DNA of 64,000 nt, from assembly GCA_010015585.1 (NCBI GenBank), contig ML975163.1. One strand, given 5' to 3'. The position numbers and the translations under genes were made by a program. Shown piece by piece: positions 62,533-64,000 of this stretch (the stretch's first letter is position 1; each line of letters starts with the position of its first letter). The notes beneath the pieces are model-generated. The model did not search any database and was not told the DNA's origin. It saw nothing but the letters and a program-made list of their open reading frames with translations. Source of the DNA: Eremomyces bilateralis CBS 781.70. Taxonomy: Eukaryota.

Positions 62533-64000
62533 ATGAGCTGCTCTCCGATACTAGTGTCCGAAGCCACATCTTCAGTCTTGAGTGAGAACCATAGTACGGA
62601 CGATGCTATTGTTGCTCCGCCATTGGATGAGCTTCAGAGCAAAGAACAAGGAGAGCTCATTGACCTTGTAGTCCGGCTCCGTCGCGCGGGTCTGAGCTCA
62701 GTGCTACAACTTCCGCAGATTGTGGTTTGCGGTGATCAGTCTTCTGGCAAAAGCTCAGTCCTTGAAGCGGTAACCGAGATACCATTTCCACGCAAAGAGA
62801 ATCTTTGTACTCGCTTTGCCACCGAGATCAGTATGAGGACTGATTCGAACTCAACGATATCTTGTAAAATCAATCCTCATGACGATGACCGCTCAGAGGA
62901 CGCGAAGGATAGACTACGAGCATTCGCACGGACCATCGTGAATATAGGTCAATTGCCGACAATCATCGATGAAGCTACCAAGTTGATGGGCCTAGACGAG
63001 CGACATGCGTTCTCCAGGGACGTACTTAAGATCGAAATCTGCGGTCCCACTCGTCCACAGTTGTAAGTATTCCTGCGTCCACCTTTGCTTCCACAGCTCC
63101 GACTTACAGACAGTCAGGACTCTAGTGGATCTCCCTGGTCTAATCCATTCCGCGAATAAGTCGCAATCCGATGAAGATGTCCAGCTCATCAAGAGCTTGG
63201 TTGATGAATTTATCTCAGAAGAACGCACGATCATTCTGGCCGTCATCTCGGCGAAGAACGACTACGCCAATCAAGTGATTCTCGATCGGTGCCAGAAAGT
63301 TGATCCTTCTGGAGCTCGCACCCTGGGTGTCATAACCAAACCGGACTTTCTGCGCCCCGGATCAGAAAACCAGAAGAAATGGCTCAATCTTGCCCAAAAT
63401 CAGGACATTTACTTCAAGTTGGGCTGGCATATGCTCCGGAATCGTGATGATGACCAGCACGCTTTCAGTGCCGATGAACGGGACATGCAGGAGACCATCT
63501 TCTTCGACGCGGGGAACTACCGCATGATCCCAACCCAAAACAAGGGCATTGTCTCCTTTCGTCAGAGGCTTAGTACCCTTCTCTATCAACACTTGCGGGA
63601 TCAGCTGCCAGGACTCAAACATGAGCTCGACGAGCTGGCAACGCAGACTTTGGAAAAGCTCGAATCCTTGGGCAAGAGTCGTAGTACCCTGCCAGATCGG
63701 AAATTCTACCTGATGGAGATGTTCACGAACGGCCGAAACCTTCTCGATATGGGCGTGCGAGGGATGTACGAGAGTACCTTTTTCGAAACGGCATCTCAAT
63801 CTCCCAGAACGAAGAAGGGAAAAAAAAGTCATGTCTGGAACGAGCGAAAGCTGAGGTCCATGGTTCAGAACACGAACATATATTTCGCGAAGAGCATGCA
63901 TGAGAACGGCCATAAGTTTCGAATCCTAGATGATGGTGCAGAAACTGATGGCGATGAGGCGAGCGGAGACATCAAAACTCATTCACAGGCGATTTCCTGG
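62533..64000 (+). CDS. Dynamin-family (Mx-like) GTPase, truncated by the window end
   Basis: LPQIVVCGDQSSGKSSVLEA (G1), LCTRFAT (G2), LTLVDLPG (G3), TKPD (G4) and LGWHMLRNR. Intron 63063-63117; the frame stays open to 64000. Confidence 0.92.

Noticed and set aside
1..64000. tRNA, rRNA or CRISPR arrays
   Set aside because: No cloverleaf with A/B boxes, rRNA-like segment or repeat-spacer array recognised by eye; a tRNAscan/Infernal run would be needed to exclude small RNAs.

Overview
Eukaryotic DNA from a filamentous ascomycete (Pezizomycotina). Genes carry short GT-AG introns with CTRAC branch points, so the six-frame ORF track splits most of them. Three zones are visible. (1) An accessory left arm (about 0.7-12 kb): a HeLo-like protein ending in a two-repeat HET-s/HELLF-type amyloid motif, an uncharacterised ORF tail-to-tail with a DD34E Tc1/mariner transposase whose 5' end has RIP-like stop codons, a secreted But2-type protein, a secreted lactonase and a LicD/Mnn4-like gene. 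(2) A core housekeeping block (about 12.7-60.5 kb): SelO/FMP40, EDC4/Pdc1-like, GABA transaminase, SET2, RNA Pol III RPC2, a Puf4-type pumilio gene with a 24-nt micro-exon, an orphan repeat protein, RSM22, casein kinase I, a TOK1 K+ channel (with a 105-N gap), a Ded1/Vasa-like DEAD-box helicase and a fructosamine kinase. (3) An accessory right edge (from 61.1 kb): a frameshifted C-terminal relic resembling a DUF3435 Starship captain, followed by an Mx-like dynamin GTPase that runs off the window. The best candidate system is the HeLo-like/amyloid cell-death effector at 733-1695, whose cognate NLR is not visible here. All family calls come from motif recognition by eye; no database searches were run.
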